A stretch of DNA of 64,000 nucleotides, from the NCBI GenBank assembly GCA_001643675.2, contig LSRY02000015.1:496001-560000 (forward strand), given 5' to 3'. The first letter of the stretch is position 1, and the number at the start of each line of letters is the position of its first letter. Positions 1-10,420 of the stretch are shown here, piece after piece. The notes under the pieces are model-generated. The model searched no databases and was not told the DNA's origin. It worked only from the letters and a program-made list of their open reading frames with translations. Origin of the DNA: Monocercomonoides exilis PA203. Lineage: Eukaryota > Protista > Preaxostyla. Made by a program: the position numbers and the translations under genes.

Positions 1-3000
1 TTTCAAAAAGTCTTCATTTCCTTTTTCCATTTCCTCCTCAGCTCAATTGAGTGCTTTTCGAATTGATTGAATGATTATCATTTGATGGATTCTTTGACTG
101 AGCTGATTTCTTCCTCTTTTTCCCTTTGTTTTCGCTCATCTGTCTGTTGTGCTTATCTGGTTGCTTCCATCTTGTTCTGAGTCTTCGATATATATCACTG
201 CATCTGACATCGTGAGCATCACCGCTCCTTCTGGAAATCGCTGGATGAACTCGCGCTTCAGACCTTGAAGAGACAGCCGCTTTTCACTCTCTGATGACAG
301 GCACGACAGAATCATGGGCAACAGCACCGACTCTTCTGCTTCCTTCATGCTTGGCCTCTCTCCATTCACGATCTTCTGCCCTGCCACCTCTGCCTCATAC
401 TCCCCAAACGGGATTTGAAGGGTCAGACACTCCCACAGCATCATCCCAATCGAGAATGACACCGACTCCTTTGTTGCTCCCATCTTCTTGTTCATCTGCA
501 GCTCTGGCGCCTTCCACCTCAAACACTCTTTTTTGAAGCTATCTTCATCCTCAAAGGCTGATGAGGGAAGGGAGTCATCGTCATCATTGCCACTGGCAGA
601 TGTCACAACTGTTGATGACGAGATGGAGGATGAATCTGAGTCATCATCGGACAATAAGTCTGAATGCATCACAATGCAGATCACCATGTGCTCGGAGAAA
701 AGAACAATGTGAGGGCTCAGATTGGAAAGAGATTGAAGAGGGTTTTCCATCTCATCAATTGAATGGAGTGCGAGATTAGCAACCCAGAACAGGATTTGGG
801 CAGCTGTCTGCTCTCTTTCCTTCAATGTGCCAATTGCCATCTCTTTTGTCTTATTCAGCCCATGCAGCAGCATGAACAGTGAATCCCTCAAGTCCACAAT
901 CAGCTTCTCATGAGGAGACGAGCACGCCATTGCATCCACAAGATTCGACATGGATGAAGTTGTTGGGCACAGATCCTCCCCTCGAACAAATGTGGAATCT
1001 GAGTCAGTTGAACATGTTGAAGAAATTGATGGTGATGGAGTCTGTTTTCTTATTTCCTCTTCCTCCTCCTTTTCCAATGCCCAATCAGGAATCTTGTCTG
1101 AATCTCTTCCAAGGATGTATTCTGTTGAACCACTCTCAGAAAGAAGATGCTCTGATGACTCAGAATGTTGCATATTCGTATCATACACCCTCTTCTTCAT
1201 CCTTTCTTCATTCTTCTTCTCTGCCTCCATCTCTGCTCTCCTCCACTGCTCTTCAGGTGACATCTCCATCGTCACCATCTCAATCAGCTTCGGATCCTTT
1301 TTCACTGTGTCATTCACAATCTCTTCCAATTCTTCTGTCCTTCTCTTTTGTTTCCTCCACCGAAGTGTTGAAATTACTGCAACAATTAGAATAAACAAAA
1401 GAACAACAACAAGGATAATAACAATCAACAACCAATACGATTTCCCTTCTTTTCCTCCTTCAACTATCCTTTCATCTCCATCAACCTTGGGCTCGCTTCT
1501 GTTCTTCACAATGAAAGAATCAGTGGATAATTGTTTGTCAACATCTCCAAACAGAATGCTCACTCTCACCTCTGCCTCTTCTCCTGCATCACTTATCATC
1601 TCCCTTGACACCTTCCCTTCAACTTCTGTCTCCGATACATATCCACTCTCATCAAATACAAACTTTTCTATCTGCTTTTCTTCTCCAATCTGCTTTACAA
1701 CCATGAATGACAAGTTGCAAGGCAGCAGCAGCTCCCCTTTGAACGCAATCTCAACTTCTGCTCCTTCTTCCCTTGTTTCAACACACTCCAACACCGGAAT
1801 GAAGAAAGGCGATGCTCTTTCAGAAATAATTCCTTTAATTAGACAACCCTCATTCAATATCCACATCGATGAGTCATCCTTCACTCCATCTCCACCTTTC
1901 AAACTGGAAATGGTCAATGAAGCAGAATCAGAGCAGATGATATTTCTTCTCAATGATGGATATTTTGTATTCACAGGGTTGTTATTGCTGAAGTTTCCTG
2001 CTTTAATCTTCACATTCCCACTTGATATGGATAGTCCACCTGATGAAGCATTCAAAATTGTTACATCCTTCATCGCCAATGAAGAGTTAGTCGAATGAAC
2101 AAGTGATCCACTCCATTCACATATTTCTTTAAATGCATTATTTCTCTCATTCTTACTCTCTTTTGCTAACAATCCTTCAAACTCACATATGTGCATGGAA
2201 ATATCCTTCGTATTTCTCATCTCCATCATGCTTCCTTTGTCAGACAGAGAATTACAGGCTGAACAGGAACAGTTAGAAAGAACAATTTGAGCAGATGTCG
2301 AGGAAGCGGAAAGAACAGAAGCTCCTTCTGAATTCCTCGAGCAGTTCTTGAATGAGGAACCTCCAACTGAAACGCTTCCCGAAGCTGAATCATTTATTGA
2401 AAAGATACAGCTATCAGACAACTTCACTCCATCAGCATCAATTCCATTCAGCACAACACTTCCACATTTCCCAATCTCAACAACATTTCTTTTTGATTCA
2501 ATCTGTTCCAGTTTGAAATTTGTCATCGAAATCTGATCCCCACAAAACTGAAAAAAAGGATTCTTGAACGAAAGGAGCGACACTGAGCAGTTGTCAACAT
2601 GAACAATCCCTTTTACAACGCTCAACAATGTCGAGTTGAGAACAACAGAAGGTTGATTGATATTTGACCCCCCAACAGAAGAGAAGTCAACAAATGAAAG
2701 AGAAAGCTGGCCACTTGATTCATGAATAATGGAACTGCCGGAATACGAAAGCGATTGATCAAAGTTGAATTTCACACTCTCCATCCGAACTTTCTCAGAA
2801 GTTTTGAGAAGATTTCCCTCGTTGATATTTATTGTTGAGTTCAGATGCACCAAAGCAGTTGAGGGAGACTCAAGTGAGCGGATGATCACATCATGCACAT
2901 CACACTCCCCATTGATGATCGTCTCCTTTGAGATCAACAGCTGAGAATATGATGAAGGAATGGTGTGTTGAACTCCAACATCCAATGATTGACAAGGTGC

Positions 3001-6000
3001 ACTCAACTCTCCACATTGCTTGCTGTCTCCATGGTTGCCTGTTGCTGAAGAGGAGACAAATATCGTCTCACTCTGATATTTCACAACCCTCAGCAGAAGA
3101 TCCTCTTCCCCAACAAACGAGTCTGTTGTGCATCCCCATATTGCAAGATCCTTCACAAACGGTGTTCTGAAATCCAAAAGGAATTGGTCATCAACAATCT
3201 GTGTTTCAATTGAATGGCATCGAACATACACATCTCTCCCTCTGAACGCAGAGTTGTCTTTGAATGTGATGTTCGACAGAACAAAATTCAGTGGCTGCTC
3301 AACCACTGAGGTGCATTCCAGAAACAGCCATCCACCTCTTCCTGTGGTGGAGCAGAAGCACTCAGAAATCGTGCAAAATGAGCAGTCAAACTTTCCTCCC
3401 TCATTCAACACAAAAAATATTCCTCCTCCCTTTCCACATCTCTTTCCGCCACATCCCTTCATCGTTGTGTTTCGAATCACCATTTTCAATGGCTCATCAT
3501 CATTGTCATTTCGGATGACGGGAATGTTCTCTGTTGTGTTCTGGGTGACTTCTTCGAATGAACTCCACTCAAAAATAATGTTTTGTTCCTCTTCATTATT
3601 TTCTCTCCCTGAACTCTTTGATATCCTCAATCCGCTTGCCCCATCAAGCTCAACATTCTTCATCGACAAGTTCTTAATGTTCATAATAGTCGAAGATAGC
3701 ACAGAAATAACATCCTGTGAAAAGCTAAGTGATTGCACCGATACAAATTCTAATACAACTGTGCTTTCATCTGCTTTGATCAGCCCAAAATTAGTAATTT
3801 GTTCTCTTCTTTCTTCATTTTTTGAGAATGAACAGTCTTTCAGAGTCAACAATCCATCATTCGCCCCAACATCCATCAAATAATTGACTCCGCCTGTGAA
3901 GGATGATGGAATCACAAACATAATCAGCTCGAAATTGGTAATTCCAGAAATCTTCATTGCTGCTCCTTCTGCTCCTTCAAGTGATGAGAGACATTCCAAA
4001 GAACACATATCTGTGTTGTTTGAGCATATCGAAAACCCACTCACATCAACACTCTTCTGAAGAATCGCCTTCCCAATGATGTTAATATTCTTTTCATTTC
4101 CCTCAGGCAATCGATCCATTGAATAATCAATGGAAAGGCAAGGATAATCTGAGAATCCACATGCACCCATGTCTCTTCCTTCACCCCCAACAAATATCTC
4201 TGAGCCAAGTGCGAACCAGAAATACACCAGTGGAATAGCATTCACTGTATCATTCCCATCAAACCCTCTCATAGAATCCAACGAAATATCAGCCAAATGC
4301 CCAAGCACAAATGGAAGAGAAGTGTTTGTGATGCTCTTCGTCAAGTTGGATGATTCAACAAACAAATCATTTCCACACTTTGCAACATTTGGCTTTTCTT
4401 TATCGAAAATGGGGGATGAGATCACAAATGAAGAATCGTAATCAACAAATTTTAGTGCCATCCCTCCCCCAAAGCCAGTCATGTCTTCTTCTCCAGCTGG
4501 TGCTGTGCATCCTGTAAATGTACATGAAATAATATTCATTTGAGTTTTCCCTTTCAACTGCGCATTGATTGCTCCTCCTCTGCTTCCATCAGCCAAAACA
4601 GAGCATCCATCAAAATCACATTCTTCAATATTTATTTCTGCATTTGAATCTTCATCGTTGCAATTATCAATGCTCACACAGCTTCCACTTCCTGTTCTTC
4701 TTTCTGTTTTTGTGAAGTTGCAATTCGTCATGTTCAACCACTGAGTGCTCGTCAACTCGGCTTTTGTTCCACTTCCAGACAAAGAGATCAATGGATTTCC
4801 ATTCAAAGTGATTGAAGAAGCCGAAAATGAATCAATGGACAAGGTCCCAGACTCAACGGACAAAAACAGAATTGTCAATTCAGATAAAGGATCTTGAAGG
4901 GAAAGAGAACATTGAGACAATGTCAGTTGTGAAGATGATGAAATAAAAGTGGAATGTGAAAAAGACGGAGGAAGAGAGAAGATGAGCTTTGAAAATTCTG
5001 TTTCAATACTTGTTGCAATCATCGCTGAGTTTGATGTTTCACTTGCATCAGAGACTGTCCAGCCACTCAGCTCATCATTTCCATTGATTTCATGTTTTTG
5101 TCCAGCAAAGGCCAATTCATCGCTCATCAAAATCATTCCAACAACAACAATTTTCTTTTCCTCTTCTTGCCTTGTCAAAGAATGACTCAGTGTCAGACAG
5201 GGAAACTCAACGAACCCACAATGTGAATGATCAAATGCATCATCATTACTCACAACAACCTCATTTGGCATAGGAATCAGATAGGCACACAAAGGAATAG
5301 GAATCGTTTCATCACCATTGTCATATCCTTGTATCTTGCTCTTCGTATCAAATGAAGCTGTCAATGAAGTGATTTTCCCACTTTTTGCTGTTGACTCCAA
5401 GTTGATCGAGTTAACAAAAATGTCACTTCCCCATTTGGCTCTGTTCCCTTCAAATCCTGATGAAATCTGAAACTCTGCATTTGTATCTCTCACTTTCAGC
5501 CCAATCCCTCCTCCTCTCCCTTGAGTAGTCGAGGCATAACAGTTCTTCACAACACCTCCATTCATCGTCAATGAACCAACATTCCCCATTTCAACCATCA
5601 TCCCTCCTCCAAACTCAGAGGCTTCACTCCCACATCCATCAAGTGTGCATCCCTCAAGAGTTATCGAATATGACCCTTCATCCACACTTATCAGCGATGA
5701 TCCTGGTGTTGTTCTCACAATGCTGTTAAATGTGCAGTTATCCAGAGACAATGTTACAGAAGATCCTTGAGGCAGAGATATCACACTCGTGGTGCTGAAT
5801 GTTTGTGACCATCTCACATCTTTCATCTTCAAACTTCCCCCTTCCATCTTCACAATTGAGTTCTGAATGCTCCTCTCCTCTGAATGTGCTGCATCCATCG
5901 AAATATTTGTTCTCTCCAAATTGATCCCTCCAGACCCTTTAACCGCAAACAATCTGCTTCTTCGGTTGTTTTCAAATGATGAATCGTGAATCACAGACAA

Positions 6001-9000
6001 ATCGCTCACACTCAACTCCCCTGTTCCAACACAAAACAGACTCAATCCATTTGCCTCAAACTTTGTTTCAATGGTTGAGCCAGATGGCGAAACTCCATTC
6101 ACAGAGATTGTTTTCTCTCCAATATCAACTCCTTTTCCTTCCGCAACTGTTCCACTCAACACCTTGATTTCCTCCACAAACCCCACAATCATTTGGGAAA
6201 GGCAATGGCTGATTGTGAGGCATGCACAACTTTCATTCAATCCACAGCTGAATGTGTCTTTCGCATTTGTCTGATTCTGAGTTGAAGCAACAAATCTGCA
6301 TTTTCCTCCTTCATTGGGAAGCCACTCACTTTTATCTCCTCCTGCATAATATCTCACTCCTTCTATTCGTGTAGAATAGCACCAAAGAAGTTGAGAATCT
6401 GTGGAATAATCATAAATGCAAATATCATTTCCTTGAGGAGCGCTATTGTTGTGGAAAAAGCAAAACCACAAAAGATTTCCATTATATATATCTGTACTGA
6501 GGCTGACTGCTCCTCCACGAAAATCTGAATGACACCCGATAAACAAACAGTTTTTTGTCACAATCTTATCAATTGGGTTCCAATTCATCAGTCCTCCACC
6601 ATCACCATTGTCAGCATTATTTCCACTGCAATTGATAAACAAACAATCCAGCACACAATCTTTTGCTTTTGATGCTTTTGACGAGCCGATAAATAAGCCT
6701 CCTGCATCATTTAGCGACAAACAATCTCTAAACTGGCAATCCTCGAATAGAACTTGAACCTTCAACTCTTCAACCTCCGCACCAGCCCCTCCATAGTCTG
6801 TCGATGAAGCACAGAAGCACTCTTCAAACACAGAATGCTTCACAGTGCATTCGGAAATGTTCAATGCATATATTCCTCCACCTCTTGTTTCAGTTGCATT
6901 GCATTTCACAAATGAGGAATTCTCAACCGTTAGCGTTGCACTTGAGTTGTCATGCACATACAGTGCTCCGCCACACGGAGCTGAGCATTCATTCCATTCA
7001 GCATTCGTGAAATGCTGAGATTGGGTTGTGTCCAAATGCTCATTATTTCTTTTTTTCCAATCCACTCTTTTGCTGTGAATGAATGTGCAATTGTTGCAAG
7101 AAAATACAATGGATCCTTCTGTTCCACTCACAATCCCTCCCTCCAGCACATTCATCGAACTTTCAACTCGACAATCTTCCATTGAACTCATCTTCATCAT
7201 TGGCACTTTCTCAATTGGCATTTCATCTGTTTCCATGAATTTCATTGTGATGTTTGAAAAAGCACAGTTTTTAATTCCTTCAAATGACCCTTCTCCATTT
7301 CTCAAAATGCTTCCACTCCCACAAAACACAATGTTCCTCCACTCACTGTTTCTCACAAGCAACGATGCATCTTCTCCTTTCATCTTCACAAGACTTGTCA
7401 TAAACTCACAATTATCATTTCTTTTCTCAATATTCAAGGTAGTGTTCATCATTTCGCATGTTCCTTCATTGAAGACAAAATGACCACTGAAACCTCCTTT
7501 TCTCATCAACAAGCAGTCATCAAGGCGCAGGAATGATTTTTCTCGAATATCAAATGCCATGTTATCTTCTGCCTTTTCCAACATTATTTCCTTCAATTCG
7601 ACTGAGGAATTGTGTATTTCGCAAAACAGTTGAACAACACTTCCCCTTGCCAAAATATGACTTTCAGACTGAGCAGGAATGTGATAATTGAGATGTCCAT
7701 TCCTTTGTGCATCATTTCTATCTGTGCCACAAAATGTGAAACACAAGCACTCAGCCAAAACAAAAAGAATCATTATCATGAGAATTATAATGGGTCATTA
7801 TTAACCATATTTTTATATTATTCAAAGATCATTTTGAACTTTTCCAAATATTTAATCGATATTGATTATTCCTGTTTAATTTCCATTTGTTCAATCGACG
7901 GCCATTCCAATTATTCTATCTTGAAATAGTTTTATCATTCAGCTGAAAATGACTGATTATTTCTTTTTCACCATTCTTTAATTTCTTTGGCTTAATTTTA
8001 TTCTGTCTGAATGAGAAATATCAACCTCTTGATGTCATTTCCAACAGAATATTCTTCTTGGAGGAATTTCCTATCAATGAAAAGAAAAATAACAATTTAT
8101 TTAGATGTTTTCGTTTGACATATTTAAAAATTGAAATTGAAAAAGAAAATGACAACATTAACACAAACTTAAAATGTTCTTAGAGAGGTGTCTATTCGTT
8201 TGAGAAGTGTATTTGATTTTCGTCAATAATTCCATCACTTCAAACTGACCTTGTTTCAAAAACTTCATTTTGAAGTATCTTTATAGTTATTTTTTCCTCA
8301 TTTCTCTCTTCATTTTCTATCATTTTTTCATTCTTTATTTCTAAATCTTCATTATTTCTTCCAAACTGTTTTGTCAAGTTTATTGCATTTGTCTTCACTT
8401 TTTCCATTTTCTTTCATCGCCCATGCTTCATCTTCAAAGCGTTCAATTTTTTCAAAAAAAATATTTACAATCATCAATGGTCTTCCTCCCAGTTCAGCGC
8501 AAATCTTTCATTTTTATGCTTTCTTCCAATCCTCCTTCAAGATTCTTTATTTCTGATTGTTTTGAAACAAACTGGAAAACATCTCATTCTGAGCTTTTGT
8601 TCTTTTTTCGCAAAATAATCCTTGCTTATCAATGAATCTTTCGGAAAATAAAGATTGGCCAACAGCATTGAATCAAATTCTTCGTCACTTTTCCTGAAAG
8701 CCAAATGTCTTTTGATTCTTCTGACAACAACTTCAAGGTTTTTCATCAAAAACGATAGAAAAATAAATATATGAAACAATGAAGAAAATAATTAAAAAAC
8801 CTTCAATTTTGTTTGAGCAGCGATAGAAACCAATGATCAATTTGTATTTCCATTCTGTTTTTGGATCGCAATCATCTTTTATCATTACATTCCACTTTTC
8901 CAAGCGAATGACGGTTATCTTTGCAAATCACCATTAAAAAGGCACTTGAGTCAGAAAATTAATCCGTTTAATCTTCTTAGTTCTTTGGTCTTTCTCAACA

Positions 9001-9385
9001 AACGTTTTTTGTTCAAAAAACTCTATTAAGCAGAACTGCTAATATTTCAGATAAAAATTGAGTATTGACTAAAAAACAAAAAAATAATATTAAATTCAAA
9101 TAGAATAAAGACTTTTTTGTCTTTCATGCCTTCAAAATCATCTATTTCCTGCAAAGAAAAAATATCCGGTAAAGACAAAAAATTACTCTTTGGCATTCGA
9201 AGAAGATCATAAAAAATCAAATTCTTTCGCTTTGTTGTTGCATTTGAACGTTCAATTGAGTCATAAGACCGGAAAAAACAGAAAATACAAAATGCAGGAA
9301 TAGAAGTTTTATTATGGTCCAGAATGGTTTTTTTATTTGTTGAAAATTTCAGAGAAACATCAATGTCAAAATAAAAAATGCTAAT
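1..9385 (-). repeat. Left arm of a large inverted segmental duplication (partner about 43517-52881)
   Basis: Reverse complements of 1-60, 8221-8320, 9121-9160 and 9260-9320 match about 52820-52881, 44570-44670, 43725-43760 and 43560-43620. Homology runs off the left window edge, and the inner boundary is approximate. Confidence 0.85.
136..7779 (-). CDS. Large single-pass receptor-like pseudokinase, copy 1 (beta-helix/PMP-like ectodomain, TM helix, degenerate TKL-type kinase C-lobe)
   Basis: Uninterrupted 2547 aa ORF. Hydrophobic N-terminus, repeated GGA/GGG-[ILV] and FxxN motifs, and four CG..xC modules. TM segment YWLLIVIILVVVLLFILIVAVIS is followed by RWRKQKRR. The C-terminus keeps RWKAPE, FSIGMMLWE..TLQIPF and GERP, but I see no GxGxxG, VAIK, HRD or DFG. 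Confidence 0.85.
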   Translation of the reverse strand: MIMILFVLAECLCFTFCGTDRNDAQRNGHLNYHIPAQSESHILARGSVVQLFCEIHNSSVELKEIMLEKAEDNMAFDIREKSFLRLDDCLLMRKGGFSGHFVFNEGTCEMMNTTLNIEKRNDNCEFMTSLVKMKGEDASLLVRNSEWRNIVFCGSGSILRNGEGSFEGIKNCAFSNITMKFMETDEMPIEKVPMMKMSSMEDCRVESSMNVLEGGIVSGTEGSIVFSCNNCTFIHSKRVDWKKRNNEHLDTTQSQHFTNAEWNECSAPCGGALYVHDNSSATLTVENSSFVKCNATETRGGGIYALNISECTVKHSVFEECFCASSTDYGGAGAEVEELKVQVLFEDCQFRDCLSLNDAGGLFIGSSKASKAKDCVLDCLFINCSGNNADNGDGGGLMNWNPIDKIVTKNCLFIGCHSDFRGGAVSLSTDIYNGNLLWFCFFHNNSAPQGNDICIYDYSTDSQLLWCYSTRIEGVRYYAGGDKSEWLPNEGGKCRFVASTQNQTNAKDTFSCGLNESCACLTISHCLSQMIVGFVEEIKVLSGTVAEGKGVDIGEKTISVNGVSPSGSTIETKFEANGLSLFCVGTGELSVSDLSVIHDSSFENNRRSRLFAVKGSGGINLERTNISMDAAHSEERSIQNSIVKMEGGSLKMKDVRWSQTFSTTSVISLPQGSSVTLSLDNCTFNSIVRTTPGSSLISVDEGSYSITLEGCTLDGCGSEASEFGGGMMVEMGNVGSLTMNGGVVKNCYASTTQGRGGGIGLKVRDTNAEFQISSGFEGNRAKWGSDIFVNSINLESTAKSGKITSLTASFDTKSKIQGYDNGDETIPIPLCAYLIPMPNEVVVSNDDAFDHSHCGFVEFPCLTLSHSLTRQEEEKKIVVVGMILMSDELAFAGQKHEINGNDELSGWTVSDASETSNSAMIATSIETEFSKLIFSLPPSFSHSTFISSSSQLTLSQCSLSLQDPLSELTILFLSVESGTLSIDSFSASSITLNGNPLISLSGSGTKAELTSTQWLNMTNCNFTKTERRTGSGSCVSIDNCNDEDSNAEINIEECDFDGCSVLADGSRGGAINAQLKGKTQMNIISCTFTGCTAPAGEEDMTGFGGGMALKFVDYDSSFVISSPIFDKEKPNVAKCGNDLFVESSNLTKSITNTSLPFVLGHLADISLDSMRGFDGNDTVNAIPLVYFWFALGSEIFVGGEGRDMGACGFSDYPCLSIDYSMDRLPEGNEKNINIIGKAILQKSVDVSGFSICSNNTDMCSLECLSSLEGAEGAAMKISGITNFELIMFVIPSSFTGGVNYLMDVGANDGLLTLKDCSFSKNEERREQITNFGLIKADESTVVLEFVSVQSLSFSQDVISVLSSTIMNIKNLSMKNVELDGASGLRISKSSGRENNEEEQNIIFEWSSFEEVTQNTTENIPVIRNDNDDEPLKMVIRNTTMKGCGGKRCGKGGGIFFVLNEGGKFDCSFCTISECFCSTTGRGGWLFLECTSVVEQPLNFVLSNITFKDNSAFRGRDVYVRCHSIETQIVDDQFLLDFRTPFVKDLAIWGCTTDSFVGEEDLLLRVVKYQSETIFVSSSATGNHGDSKQCGELSAPCQSLDVGVQHTIPSSYSQLLISKETIINGECDVHDVIIRSLESPSTALVHLNSTININEGNLLKTSEKVRMESVKFNFDQSLSYSGSSIIHESSGQLSLSFVDFSSVGGSNINQPSVVLNSTLLSVVKGIVHVDNCSVSLLSFKNPFFQFCGDQISMTNFKLEQIESKRNVVEIGKCGSVVLNGIDADGVKLSDSCIFSINDSASGSVSVGGSSFKNCSRNSEGASVLSASSTSAQIVLSNCSCSACNSLSDKGSMMEMRNTKDISMHICEFEGLLAKESKNERNNAFKEICEWSGSLVHSTNSSLAMKDVTILNASSGGLSISSGNVKIKAGNFSNNNPVNTKYPSLRRNIICSDSASLTISSLKGGDGVKDDSSMWILNEGCLIKGIISERASPFFIPVLECVETREEGAEVEIAFKGELLLPCNLSFMVVKQIGEEKQIEKFVFDESGYVSETEVEGKVSREMISDAGEEAEVRVSILFGDVDKQLSTDSFIVKNRSEPKVDGDERIVEGGKEGKSYWLLIVIILVVVLLFILIVAVISTLRWRKQKRRTEELEEIVNDTVKKDPKLIEMVTMEMSPEEQWRRAEMEAEKKNEERMKKRVYDTNMQHSESSEHLLSESGSTEYILGRDSDKIPDWALEKEEEEEIRKQTPSPSISSTCSTDSDSTFVRGEDLCPTTSSMSNLVDAMACSSPHEKLIVDLRDSLFMLLHGLNKTKEMAIGTLKEREQTAAQILFWVANLALHSIDEMENPLQSLSNLSPHIVLFSEHMVICIVMHSDLLSDDDSDSSSISSSTVVTSASGNDDDDSLPSSAFEDEDSFKKECLRWKAPELQMNKKMGATKESVSFSIGMMLWECLTLQIPFGEYEAEVAGQKIVNGERPSMKEAEESVLLPMILSCLSSESEKRLSLQGLKREFIQRFPEGAVMLTMSDAVIYIEDSEQDGSNQISTTDR

Positions 9386-9628
9386 TTGTATTTCGAAAAC
9401 AAAATCAATCTTTTTCAAATTATTGAATTTTCCTTTTTTTAATTGTTTTTTAAAGACAATCACTTTGTTTCTTTTCAAATTGGTGTGAAGGGAAAAAAAA
9501 TTAAAAATAATTTCAAAAATAGTTCAATTTCAAAAAAGGGTTAACTCCACTTCGAAGCCACTCAAATCTTTTCATCTTCCTTTCCAAAAATTCACATGAA
9601 AAACATCTGCACCTGATCACAATTAATC

Positions 9629-10420
9629 TCAAACTCCTTTGCAAAGAAAAGATAGAAATTCCTGAAAGTAAAAGATGATGTTTTCATTTCCCTCGTCTTT
9701 CATCTTTTCAAACACTATCCTCTTCAGCTCTTTTTTTTTCTCTTCTTCCAATTCATCCTCCTCTTCTTCTTTCAACTTCCTTGAAGTTTTCATAAAGAAC
9801 AGAAAGAAGTCAAGTGTCATCTTGTTATCCAATGTTGACTGTTGAATCTCCTCCAAAACGAGATCAATCGCTCCATCTTTCAACAAGCTATCAACTGACA
9901 TATCTTTGCTATCACCAGACATTTCAAATAAAGAAACACATTGATCGCAAAGTTCTCTGTTATTATCCTTTGCTGCTCGAAATGCTTTCACAATGCTGCA
10001 GATTCGCTCAACAATTTCTTCACTCTGCAATTTGTATCTGACAAAGAAATACACTTATGTTTGAAGCAATCGCTTGAAGATTGTTACTTTATCCGTTTCT
10101 TTTTTTCTTCTTTCGATTCTTCAATTTTCTTCTCATTTTCATCAACAATCATCTCCTCCACTCATTTTGCTCAATGATGATTCACAAAATAGGAAACAAT
10201 AATAATAATAAATATTTCATTTCTTTTTTCAATATCCAAAATGTTTCAGCACAAGAATCACAATTTCCAACTCAGTCATTTTATCAAATGCATCGAACAA
10301 TTCTCAAACGAAAATGAACATTTATCAATCATCATATATTTAATTAATTTCAATATTTTTCTGTTTCAGACAATCGCCATCGCAATCTTCCAGTTTCTAA
10401 AAAAGTCCTTCAAATAATAA
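9629..10420 (-). pseudogene. Decayed paralog of the 12229-13644 helical-repeat family gene
   Basis: Fragments KLEDCDGD..KQK, ILVLKHFGY*, EEMIVDENEKK, FRAAKDN..CVSLF and GAIDLVLEEIQQSTLDNK align to the intact paralog. It has in-frame stops and an apparent internal deletion. Confidence 0.7.

Noticed and set aside
6380-7000. Recent horizontal transfer from Chlamydia (GGAI/FxxN motifs)
   Set aside because: The motifs are generic to this beta-helix repeat class and composition matches the host. No sequence-level evidence is available here.
294-7483. Many antisense ORFs (up to 382 aa) over the receptor genes, mirrored in copy 2
   Set aside because: Shadow frames of a long coding sequence, Ser/Phe-rich with no independent motifs. 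Their recurrence just reflects paralogy.
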